The position numbers and the translations under genes were made by a program. Below are positions 32,463 through 41,600 of a DNA stretch of 64,000 bases, piece after piece. Position 1 is the first letter of the stretch; each line of letters opens with the position of its first letter. The DNA is from an uncultured bacterium (GTDB lineage Bacteria > Babelota > Babeliae > Babelales > Vermiphilaceae): assembly GCA_963707655.1 (NCBI GenBank), contig OY970172.1:960001-1024000 (forward strand), written 5' to 3'. The notes beneath the pieces are model-generated. The model made no database searches and was not told the origin of the DNA. It saw nothing but the letters and a program-made list of their open reading frames with translations.

Positions 32463-33497
32463 ATGAAAATGTTTTCTTATAAAAACTTTACCAGTCTATT
32501 GCTCGCTGTTTTGGTGCTCATTCTCTTGGTCGGCTGCAAAGGTCCCCTGAAAAATAACATCTTAGGACAGCCGCAGACCACTCTTGATACTACTGCCGAA
32601 TTAGTACAATCGACAAAAATACCCACGGAAGTCACGGTGTGGGTTCATGGAACCGCTCTGGTTCCGCAGATTATGCCAAATTTTTTTTATCGCAAACAGG
32701 GCTTCCACTCTGCACTCATCTATGAAGGGCGGTATCACCTGCGCAAAATCGTCAATAGCTTGCACGCTCAGGCTCCTGAGCTTTTCCCCCTTGAGCATTT
32801 TTATATTTTTGGCTGGAACGGCAAACTTAATTTTGAAGAAAGAAGAAAAGCAGCGCAAGAGCTCTATTATGAACTTATGAATCTTCACGATCTTTATCGC
32901 GAAAAATGTGGGGTTGCGCCGCGAATTAAAATGATTACCCACAGCCACGGCGGTAATGTTGCCCTTAATTTGGCAAAAGTAAAAGAGAAGAATCAGGATT
33001 TTGTGATATCGGAATTAATCATGCTTGCCTGCCCCGTGCAGGCAGAAACAATGCATCTGGTGAGTGATCCACTTTTTAAAAAGATCTACTCGTTTTATTC
33101 AGAAAGCGATTTAATTCAAATTATTGATCCCCAGGGACTTTATCACAACAAAATGACAGCGCATGGGTTATTTTCAAGTCGACTGTTTCCACAGTATTCA
33201 CATGTGTGCCAAATTAAAAGCAGACTGGGGAATCGTGGGCTGGCTCATATCGATTTTCTTCTGATGAGATTCATTAGCAATATGCCCGCCATCATGAAAG
33301 AACTTGCCCAAAGACAGAAGACTGATCAAAGCGGTTTTTATGCACTTTCAATACCAACAAGAAAAAACGGGCCATTTCATAGACGCAAAGTAAATAAATT
33401 TACTCTAGCTTGTGAACAGCTGCCACAATCGCCGCGGCATCAATGTGCTCAAACGCTAGCAGCTCGGCAGCCTTGCCCGAGCGGGGTAGCATGCTGA
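32463..33497 (+). CDS. Alpha/beta-hydrolase-like lipoprotein (paralogue 3)
   Basis: Lipobox LVGC; highly similar to paralogue 2; 3' end overlaps tkt by 98 bp. Confidence 0.8.
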   Translation: MKMFSYKNFTSLLLAVLVLILLVGCKGPLKNNILGQPQTTLDTTAELVQSTKIPTEVTVWVHGTALVPQIMPNFFYRKQGFHSALIYEGRYHLRKIVNSLHAQAPELFPLEHFYIFGWNGKLNFEERRKAAQELYYELMNLHDLYREKCGVAPRIKMITHSHGGNVALNLAKVKEKNQDFVISELIMLACPVQAETMHLVSDPLFKKIYSFYSESDLIQIIDPQGLYHNKMTAHGLFSSRLFPQYSHVCQIKSRLGNRGLAHIDFLLMRFISNMPAIMKELAQRQKTDQSGFYALSIPTRKNGPFHRRKVNKFTLACEQLPQSPRHQCAQTLAARQPCPSGVAC

Positions 33498-35283
33498 CAG
33501 CCAAGCATTCAACAGAAATATTGGTGTCTTTGAGCGCGTATACTACCGCCTGTCCCAGACCACCTTCCAGGTAATGGTCTTCAACAGTGATAATACGTGA
33601 ACCGGCCTGTGCAGCAACTTTTTTTATTGTTTCACCGTCGAGTGGCTTGATGCTATATAAATCAATCACGGCGACTGCTATTCCTTGTGCGGCCAATTGG
33701 GCATATGCTTTTAATGCTTCAAAAAGAGTTACTCCTGCACCGATAATGCAGGCCTTGTCCTGTTCGCTTTGACGCAGTACCTTGCAACCGCCAATAACAA
33801 AATTTTCGCTCTCATCGTAGAGCACAGGGGTATCCATGCGTGTTGTTCGCAGATAGGAAATGCCCTGGTTATATTCTACCATGCATGTCACCAAGCGGGC
33901 GGTGCTCACCGCATCTGCCGGATATAAAATTGCCGAGCCGGGCACGGTGCGCATAAATGCAATGTCTTCCAGCGCCATCTGCGAAGGGCCATCTTCACCA
34001 ATAGAAACTCCCGCATGTGAGCCCACCAAGCGTAATTTTGATTGGCCAATTGCAGCCATTCTGATCTGGTCGGCTGCACGACTAAAAAATGCACCGAATG
34101 TTGAAATAAATGGCACGGCGCCACGCTTTTCAAAACCAACCCCCATGTCTACCATGTTCTGCTCAGCAATAAAACATTGCACAAAACGTTCGGGAAATTT
34201 TTCTTCAAAAATATCGGCAAATGTTGAATTGGCAACATCTCCGTCCAAAGCAACAATTTTTTTGCACGCTGTTCCCAATAGAGCCAATGTTTTGCCATAT
34301 GCTTTGCGCGTGGCGATCATTTCATTTTTTCTGTAGCCGGGCGTCGGCAACTGAAATCCTACACATCCATGTTCTTCTACTGCATCGGGTGAAGGGGGTA
34401 ATTCTTGCTGCAACTTAACGGTGTCCGGATTAAACGAGGCAGCAAAATGAAAAAATCCCTTCAGTTGAGTCAAGATGCCGGGTAGTTCATCTTTTTTAAA
34501 TGCTTTGCCATGATAACCTTGTTTGTCGGCAACTTCAGGAACCCCATAGCCTTTTATTGTCTTGGCGATGATAACGGTTGGATGGGAGTGTTCAAGCGCT
34601 TCTCGCGCTTTATCAAGAGCAGACATAATTTGTTGCATGTCATGACCATCGATCACTAAGGATTTCCATCCAAAAGCAGTAAACTTATCTGCGTAACGCT
34701 GTGCATGGTGAGCGTGCATTGTTTCGCTGCTTTGGCCCAGTCTATTGCAATCAATGATAGCTACCAAGTTATGTAATTTATAAAATGCGGCCAATTCTGC
34801 TGCTTCCCAGACAGAGCCTTCAGCAATTTCCCCATCTCCCAATAATACATAGGTAGTAAAAGGAATTTTGAAGCGATTTGAATAAAGGGCCATACCGGCA
34901 CCAATAGAAAGGCCGTTGCCCAATGATCCCGTTGCGGCTTCCGTGTAGGGAAAGCGGGGGGTAGGATGCCCCTCAAGGGGAGAATTAAATGTTCTGTATC
35001 CCATTAATTCATCTTTAGGGAACGCGCCTGCTTCTGCCCAGGCTGCGTATAAAAGAGGGGCCGCATGCCCTTTTGATAGAATAAAGCGATCATTAGTGGG
35101 GCAATTAAAGTTGGCCGGGTTGTAGCGCATCGCATAAAAAAAAAGCGCTGAAATTAGATCAGCGGCTGAAAGACAGGAAGTTGGATGGCCGGAACCGGCT
35201 TCGCTTGTCACCTGCAATGAAGAAACGCGAAGTTTGTACGCCTTATGTTCTAAAACATTTCTGATCTGATGCTTATTAGGCAT
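33400..35283 (-). CDS. tkt: Transketolase
   Basis: SGHPTSC, DRFILSKGHAAP, TGSLGNG, TPP motif GDGEIAEG...N, GEDGPSQ. Confidence 0.95.
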   Translation of the reverse strand: MPNKHQIRNVLEHKAYKLRVSSLQVTSEAGSGHPTSCLSAADLISALFFYAMRYNPANFNCPTNDRFILSKGHAAPLLYAAWAEAGAFPKDELMGYRTFNSPLEGHPTPRFPYTEAATGSLGNGLSIGAGMALYSNRFKIPFTTYVLLGDGEIAEGSVWEAAELAAFYKLHNLVAIIDCNRLGQSSETMHAHHAQRYADKFTAFGWKSLVIDGHDMQQIMSALDKAREALEHSHPTVIIAKTIKGYGVPEVADKQGYHGKAFKKDELPGILTQLKGFFHFAASFNPDTVKLQQELPPSPDAVEEHGCVGFQLPTPGYRKNEMIATRKAYGKTLALLGTACKKIVALDGDVANSTFADIFEEKFPERFVQCFIAEQNMVDMGVGFEKRGAVPFISTFGAFFSRAADQIRMAAIGQSKLRLVGSHAGVSIGEDGPSQMALEDIAFMRTVPGSAILYPADAVSTARLVTCMVEYNQGISYLRTTRMDTPVLYDESENFVIGGCKVLRQSEQDKACIIGAGVTLFEALKAYAQLAAQGIAVAVIDLYSIKPLDGETIKKVAAQAGSRIITVEDHYLEGGLGQAVVYALKDTNISVECLAVSMLPRSGKAAELLAFEHIDAAAIVAAVHKLE

Positions 35284-35394
35284 TACGTATCACCTTTTTT
35301 AATGGCACAATAAAAATCTATTAAATATTGTTTTCACGCTAGCAATAGATCAGCAAAATTGCAAGATGCGGTGTGTGGCCAAGAGATGGCATTA

Positions 35395-35760
35395 TTATAA
35401 GGTTAACCTGCGGCTTCTGCCACTATGTTTTGGTTTCGATCGGTTTGGTATAGGTTGTTTCGCTTGCTTTTTTTCACGCATAGAAAAAATCAGATAGCTA
35501 TATTCCATTTTGTTATAGTGAAATGCTTCAGGGTTGTTTTTTATAGCTGCATCACCCATGTTGGCATACCAAAACGTCAAGGCATTGATCTGTTCGATTG
35601 AAATGTTCCTTTTTCTGTGCTCAGACACAAACTCACTCACTACAATTTGTGGGTCCGTGTTTTTAAAATAGTCCTGTGCTGCGCGAAAGTCTTCGTCATC
35701 CATAGCATAAATGTTAACAAAACAGAAAACGGGAAGGAGGAGTATTACATACCATTTCAT
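35395..35760 (-). CDS. Hypothetical exported protein
   Basis: Signal peptide MKWYVILLLPVFCFVNIYA; basic C-terminal tail. Confidence 0.6.
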   Translation of the reverse strand: MKWYVILLLPVFCFVNIYAMDDEDFRAAQDYFKNTDPQIVVSEFVSEHRKRNISIEQINALTFWYANMGDAAIKNNPEAFHYNKMEYSYLIFSMREKKQAKQPIPNRSKPKHSGRSRRLTL

Positions 35761-36005
35761 GAAAAAAACCTTATGTATAAGACTTCAGCGAATGAATGAA
35801 AAATCTGTCAAAACCTTACGTTTGAATAAGAAAGACTCCGATTCTGCTCATTACTCAAAAAAAGTCTTTTATATTCGAGCAAAAGAATAATTTACCCAAC
35901 CTCGCTGTTCTTGTCCATTCCTGAAATAAGAACGAGGACAAATATTGAGATGAAATTAATAATAGTCTATACTATCCAAATATCATCTTATTTTGACTTA
36001 TCTTT

Positions 36006-36082
36006 GTGCCCGTAGCTCAGCTGGATAGAGCGACAGACTTCTAATCTGTAGGTCGTAGGTTCGACTCCTACCGGGCACACCA
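36006..36082 (+). tRNA. tRNA-Arg(TCT); integration target
   Basis: GTGCCCG acceptor, anticodon arm ACAGA-CT-TCT-AA-TCTGT, GGTTCGACTCC, encoded CCA. Confidence 0.97.
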
Positions 36083-37537
36083 CTTTCCAGTTTTTACTGT
36101 TTCCAATATCTCATTAAATACCGGTTTCAGCTGTATATCGAGCTTTTCATCTTTATAAGAGCAGTTCGAAACTAGAATATTGATCAATCGGCGTTTTTGT
36201 TCCGCATCTTGCTTTTGAAACAGTACAATCGCCTTTCTTGAGAGTTCTAAGACCAGATTCGCATTTTCAAGATAATTCTTATCGGCTCTTTGAAGCGCCA
36301 GAAGCTTTAAAGCTAAACGCTCTTTTTCTTCTATCCATTTTGATGCATGAGACTGCCAGAATTCTTCACTAATTTTTTTATCAATTTTATCCAGATATGC
36401 TTGATCGATTCTGTTCTGAAGAAATTTTATTTGTCGCTCTGTTTGTTGAACCAGCTTATTATGATAATCAACCTTTTCCTTTAAGCTCGATCGAAGACTC
36501 TCCATAATGATTTCCCGAGCTTGCTCTGAAATAGCTATATTTCTTAATATCCCCTCAAGCTGCGTTTCAAGAATCTCTTGCTTCAAATAAACCTGCTGAC
36601 AGTTGCCTTTATGACCGGTACATCTGTAGTAGATATATTTCTCTTTTTTTATTTCGGCAGTTAAAGAACAACCGCATATACCGCATCTGATTAAATTGGT
36701 ATAAGGAAATAGGCCTTTTCTTGATTTGTTTTTGTATGGATTCTTAAGCATTGTCTGAACTTTATGAAATAGCTCCTTACTCACAATAGCTTCATGAGAG
36801 GCATTTTCATACCGTTTCCCTCTCCAAGAAAAAACCCCGGTATAGAAATCATTTTTTAAAATGATTTCTACATTGCTGCTGTAAAAATTTTTACCATTTC
36901 TATAGATCATGCCATCAGCAAGCATCTTTTTGCGTAAATTGAGTAAAGAGTAAGATCCTGTTGCATATAATTCAAACATTTTCTTAATGAATAGTGCAGC
37001 ATCAGGGTCAACAACGATAACCTTTTTACCATCAACTTTGGCATTCAAATAACCATAAGGAGCAATCGATGGGTAAGTTCCCTGAGCAGCTTTTTCCTGC
37101 ATACCCTTTTTCACTTCTTCTGAGAGATTATCGATGTAATTTTTGGCCATCAAGGCCTTGATGCCAAAAATGAATTTTTCATTAGAGCGAGATTCTCGGC
37201 TTAGAGTAGAGTTTTCTTTCACAAGGTGAATTGTAATATCCGTTTGTGAAGTCAACTTATCAATTAAAGCATAATCAGACATGTTACGTGTAAGTCGATC
37301 TGTTTTTTCAACAAGAATGTGTTTTATGGACTGATCTTCATGAATAAGATTCAGCATTTTGTTGAACTGTGTACGCCCGGTCTTTTTTGCAGTTTCAACA
37401 TCAGTAAATTTCCCCACAACCGTATAGCCATTCTTTAGGGCATACTCATTCAAGATCTTGAGTTGGGCGGGTATGGAAAACCCTTCGGCTTCTTGGTCTT
37501 TAGAGGAAACTCGAGCATAAATGAGCGCTTTGTTCAT
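36068..37537 (-). CDS. Large serine recombinase (integrase)
   Basis: Catalytic YARVSS, DRLTR, recombinase domain PYGY, Zn ribbon CGICG/YYRC, coiled coil; stop codon lies inside the tRNA. Confidence 0.95.
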   Translation of the reverse strand: MNKALIYARVSSKDQEAEGFSIPAQLKILNEYALKNGYTVVGKFTDVETAKKTGRTQFNKMLNLIHEDQSIKHILVEKTDRLTRNMSDYALIDKLTSQTDITIHLVKENSTLSRESRSNEKFIFGIKALMAKNYIDNLSEEVKKGMQEKAAQGTYPSIAPYGYLNAKVDGKKVIVVDPDAALFIKKMFELYATGSYSLLNLRKKMLADGMIYRNGKNFYSSNVEIILKNDFYTGVFSWRGKRYENASHEAIVSKELFHKVQTMLKNPYKNKSRKGLFPYTNLIRCGICGCSLTAEIKKEKYIYYRCTGHKGNCQQVYLKQEILETQLEGILRNIAISEQAREIIMESLRSSLKEKVDYHNKLVQQTERQIKFLQNRIDQAYLDKIDKKISEEFWQSHASKWIEEKERLALKLLALQRADKNYLENANLVLELSRKAIVLFQKQDAEQKRRLINILVSNCSYKDEKLDIQLKPVFNEILETVKTGKWCAR

Positions 37538-37548
37538 AGCTGTATACC

Positions 37549-37716
37549 TTATTTGCTCAAAATTCCTATTTTTTTGTCCTCTTCCAGGTGGTTTTTGATC
37601 GCTTCAACCACCAATTCCTTCATAGTTTTACCTTTAATGGCGGCAAAAGCTTTAAACTTTTTATGGTCTTCTTCAGGGATATCAATGGTAATTCGAGATA
37701 AATTTTGTTTTTGCAT
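37549..37716 (-). CDS. Small ribbon-helix-helix (ParG/CopG-like) DNA-binding protein, 55 aa
   Basis: Manual translation MQKQNLSRITIDIPEEDHKKFKAFAAIKGKTMKELVVEAIKNHLEEDKKIGILSK; ends 11 bp before the LSR start; below the ORF-track cutoff. Confidence 0.8.
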   Translation of the reverse strand: MQKQNLSRITIDIPEEDHKKFKAFAAIKGKTMKELVVEAIKNHLEEDKKIGILSK

Positions 37717-37800
37717 AAAAAAATCCAATATTTACGAGACATTTTAATAGCTAATGATACAATAAAGATATAAAGAAATAAAGAAATACTTGGGGGTTTT

Positions 37801-38664
37801 GTGAATATATTCAGATATATATCGAATTTATTTGATAAGGGCGTCAATTTAAAGCCCTCTATTGAGAAAAAAATCACTATCAATAATGAACCTGATTCTA
37901 AAGAGACACGCAAAAAGAGTGCTCAAAGGGTCAGAAATATCTATGATCCCTTGTCTACCAAGCCTTATAAGCTAAGTCGTAGCAAAATAGAGCTTTTCAT
38001 GCGTTGTAAGCGTTGTTTTTATATTGATCGTCGATTAGGAGTTGGGCATCCTGACGGATATCCATTTTCTCTAAATATTGCAGTCGATGAACTTTTGAAA
38101 AAAGAATTCGATATTTTTCGTCTAGAACAAAAGCCGCACCCTCTCTGCCTCGAAAATAATGTAAATGCGATTCCATTTAAGCACGAAAACTTAGAAAGCT
38201 GGCGTAAATCGCTCCATGAGGGCGTTCAATACCATGTTCCTAATACAAATCTTCTCATCCATGGTGGCCTTGATGATGTTTGGATTAATCAGGATACTGG
38301 TGAACTTCTAGTCGTTGATTACAAAGCTACCTCAAAAAACGGAGAAATAACTCTAGATGCCGATTGGCAAATTGGTTATAAGCGCCAAGCTGAAATCTAT
38401 CAGTGGCTTTTACGTAAAAATGACTTCACGGTATCTAATACTGCCTATTTTGTTTACTGCAATGGTAAAAAAGACATGCCACTGTTTGATAAAAAACTGC
38501 ACTTTGAGGTTACCTTACTGCCTTATGTAGGGAACGATTCGTGGGTGGAAGAAGCAGTTAATGGAGCTTACAGATGTCTTCAAACTAACACTATCCCTGC
38601 AGCAGAAAAGTCATGTGACTATTGTCAGTATTGGAACGGTGTCACTAACCACTTAATAAAATAA
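37801..38664 (+). CDS. PD-(D/E)XK nuclease (RecB/Cas4-like)
   Basis: LSRSKI..CKRCFY, GGLDDVW, VVDYKAT, QAEIYQWLL, C-terminal CDYC. Confidence 0.85.
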   Translation: MNIFRYISNLFDKGVNLKPSIEKKITINNEPDSKETRKKSAQRVRNIYDPLSTKPYKLSRSKIELFMRCKRCFYIDRRLGVGHPDGYPFSLNIAVDELLKKEFDIFRLEQKPHPLCLENNVNAIPFKHENLESWRKSLHEGVQYHVPNTNLLIHGGLDDVWINQDTGELLVVDYKATSKNGEITLDADWQIGYKRQAEIYQWLLRKNDFTVSNTAYFVYCNGKKDMPLFDKKLHFEVTLLPYVGNDSWVEEAVNGAYRCLQTNTIPAAEKSCDYCQYWNGVTNHLIK

Positions 38665-38699
38665 CCATCAAATTTAAAAGATGTATTGATAAAGTAAAT

Positions 38700-41600
38700 A
38701 TGATCTCTCCAAAACACCTCAAAGCTACTTATTTTTCCTCAAAAGGACTATTTCATAACCTTTCTAGCTTTACAAGCTTGGAAAATCGGATAGCCAATCT
38801 TCCTGAAATTGAACGTGGAGATGCCTTTGAAGTCTTTGCTGAGGCCTATCTCAAAACCCAATCCCTTCATCAAGTCGAGGAGATATGGCCAGAAAAGTCG
38901 CTGCCTCAAAGTCTACGTGAATTACTTAATATTCCTTCTGACGCTGGTATCGATGGGGTTTTTAAGACATCTTCTGGTCATTATAAGGCTTACCAGGTTA
39001 AGTTTAGGTCGAACAGAGGCTCTCTAAGCTGGGGTGGTGATAGTTTGGGTAATTTCTTTGGTCAGGCTGATAGAGTGAGTGAGCGAATACTTTTTACCAA
39101 TTCAATGGATTTATCCGATCTAGCTGCCTCTCGCGTCAATTTTTATTCTATCAAGGGGAATGAGCTAGATTGCCTTGAGCCTTCAGATTTTAAAACCATA
39201 GAAGATTGGCTTAAAACGGGAGTTGCTCGACGAGAAAGGCTAAAGCCCAAAGACCATCAGCAACAAGCTATAAATGCGATTATAGATGAACTTAGCGTAA
39301 AAGATCGAACGACGGCTATTATGGCGTGCGGAACTGGCAAAACCCTTGTCGCGCTTAGAGCTGCTGAAAAACTTCAAGCCAAGACGATCCTGGTTCTGTT
39401 GCCATCACTTGCCTTAATAAGGCAGACGCTTCATGATTGGGCGCGGGATCATGGCTGGGAGAAATTTCACTTTTTATGTGTTTGTTCTGACCATACTGTC
39501 GTTAATGATGAAAGCGAAATGATCTTGTTTCAGCGAGATTTAGATTTTGCTGTTACAACTCAACCGGAAGAAATTGCAGCTTTTCTCAACAATGGTAATG
39601 TAGCGCCTAAAATTATATTTTCTACCTATCAATCCTGTCGAATGGTAGCCCAAGCGATGCCAGGCAATTTTGCTTTTGATCTAGCTATTTTTGATGAAGC
39701 ACATAAAACAGCTTCTCGTTTGGCGACAAATCATGCTTTTGCGTTAAGCGAAAACAATATTGCAATCAAGAAGAGATTATTTTTAACTGCAACACCCCGA
39801 CACTATAACATTGATGTAAAAGACAAGTTTGGGGATAACCAGCTAGTTTTTTCGATGGATGATGAGACTATTTATGGCCGTGTCGTGTATAAACTTTCAT
39901 TTAGAGCTGCCGTTGAGCAGGGCCTCATCTGTGATTACAAAGTACTTATCTCCGTAATCACCTCTGATATGTTGAATCGCGAGCTGCTTAAGCGTGGCGA
40001 GGTATTGATTGATGGTGATATCATCAAGGCGCAACGCATTGCAAATATTTTAGCGATACAAAATGCCGTAGAACAATATGGCGTTAAGCGAATCTTCTCC
40101 TTCCATAGTTCGATATCAGCGGCTAAATCATTTACCGCTAAAACCAATGAAGGCGTAGGCGCATACCTGACTGATTTCGCGACGATGCATGTGAGCGGTG
40201 AGATGTCGTCAAGCAAGCGAGATGCTATTTTGAGTGAATTTCGCGATGCAGAGAAGGCACTAATTTCAAACGCTCGTTGTTTAACTGAGGGTGTAAACGT
40301 ACCAGCAGTTGACATGGTTGTTTTTGTTTCACCTAAGAGAAGTAAAGTTGATATTGCACAGGCTGCCGGTCGTGCAATGCGTAAGCATCCAGGCAAAGAG
40401 CGTGGCTATATTTTGATCCCATTATTCATGCAAGACGCAGGACAAGAAGAGCTAGAGCAGGCGCTTGCAAAAACAAAATTTGATACAGTCTGGGACGTGC
40501 TTCAGGCAATGTGCGAACAGGATGAGAGTTTAGTGGAAATTATCGCTAAGCTCAGAGAAGCTCGTGGCAGGATACTTGGTGTTAATGATAGTAGGCTGAG
40601 GGAGCGCGTAGAGATACTTGGACCAGAACTCGCCTTAAAGAGCTTGCGTGATGCAATTACAACAAGGATGATTGATAGGCTTGGTTTATCTTGGGATGAA
40701 AGATTTGGACAACTGGTTAGATTTAAAGAAGAGAGTGGCCATTGTTTGGTCCCTAATCGATATCCAGAAAATCCTGGTCTTGGGCAATGGGTACAAAAAA
40801 ATCGATGGGATTACAAAAAAAATGCGCTGGGATCTGAGCGTATTAAAAGATTAAACGAGATAAATTTTGCGTGGGATTATGAGGAGGCAATATGGAATAC
40901 ACGATACTTAGATCTTTGTCATTTTCAACAAATTAACGGTCATTGTAATGTGCCTCGTAATTATCATGATAGGCAGTTGGAATATTGGGTAGGCACTCAG
41001 CGAGTTTCCTATAAAAAAGGTAAGTTATCCAGTATTCAGATAAAACAGTTAGAAAAAATAGGGTTTGTCTGGGATTGTATTGAGGAAAACTGGCATAGCA
41101 ACTATTCGATGCTCGCTGAATTCAAACAAAAAAATGGTCATTTTGTCGTTCCAAAAGATACGCGCGAGAATAAGCAATTAGCTACTTGGGTTTCTGCTCA
41201 GAGAAAACTTCAGAAAAAAGGTAATCTATCTTCAGAAAAAATTTATTTACTTGAACAAATTAACTTTATGTGGGATCCGGTAAAGGCAATCCTCGAGGAG
41301 AGATTTTCCCAAATACTAAGTTTTTTTGAAAAAAATGGACACTGTAATGTTCCCGACAGCTATGACGAGATAGTTCCTGGATTGTGTTCCTGGCTTCGGT
41401 CTAGAAGAAATTTATATCGGAAAAATTTGCTAGATATTGATCAGATAAAACGCCTAGAGGAAATGAAAATTAAGTGGGACCCTTTTGATGCTAATTGGGA
41501 AGAGCAATTCGAAGCTTTAGTTCTTTACAAGTCGAAGAACGGCCATACCTCTGTGTCTAAAAAATATCATGAAAGCCCATCTTTGGGATTATGGGTGTTA

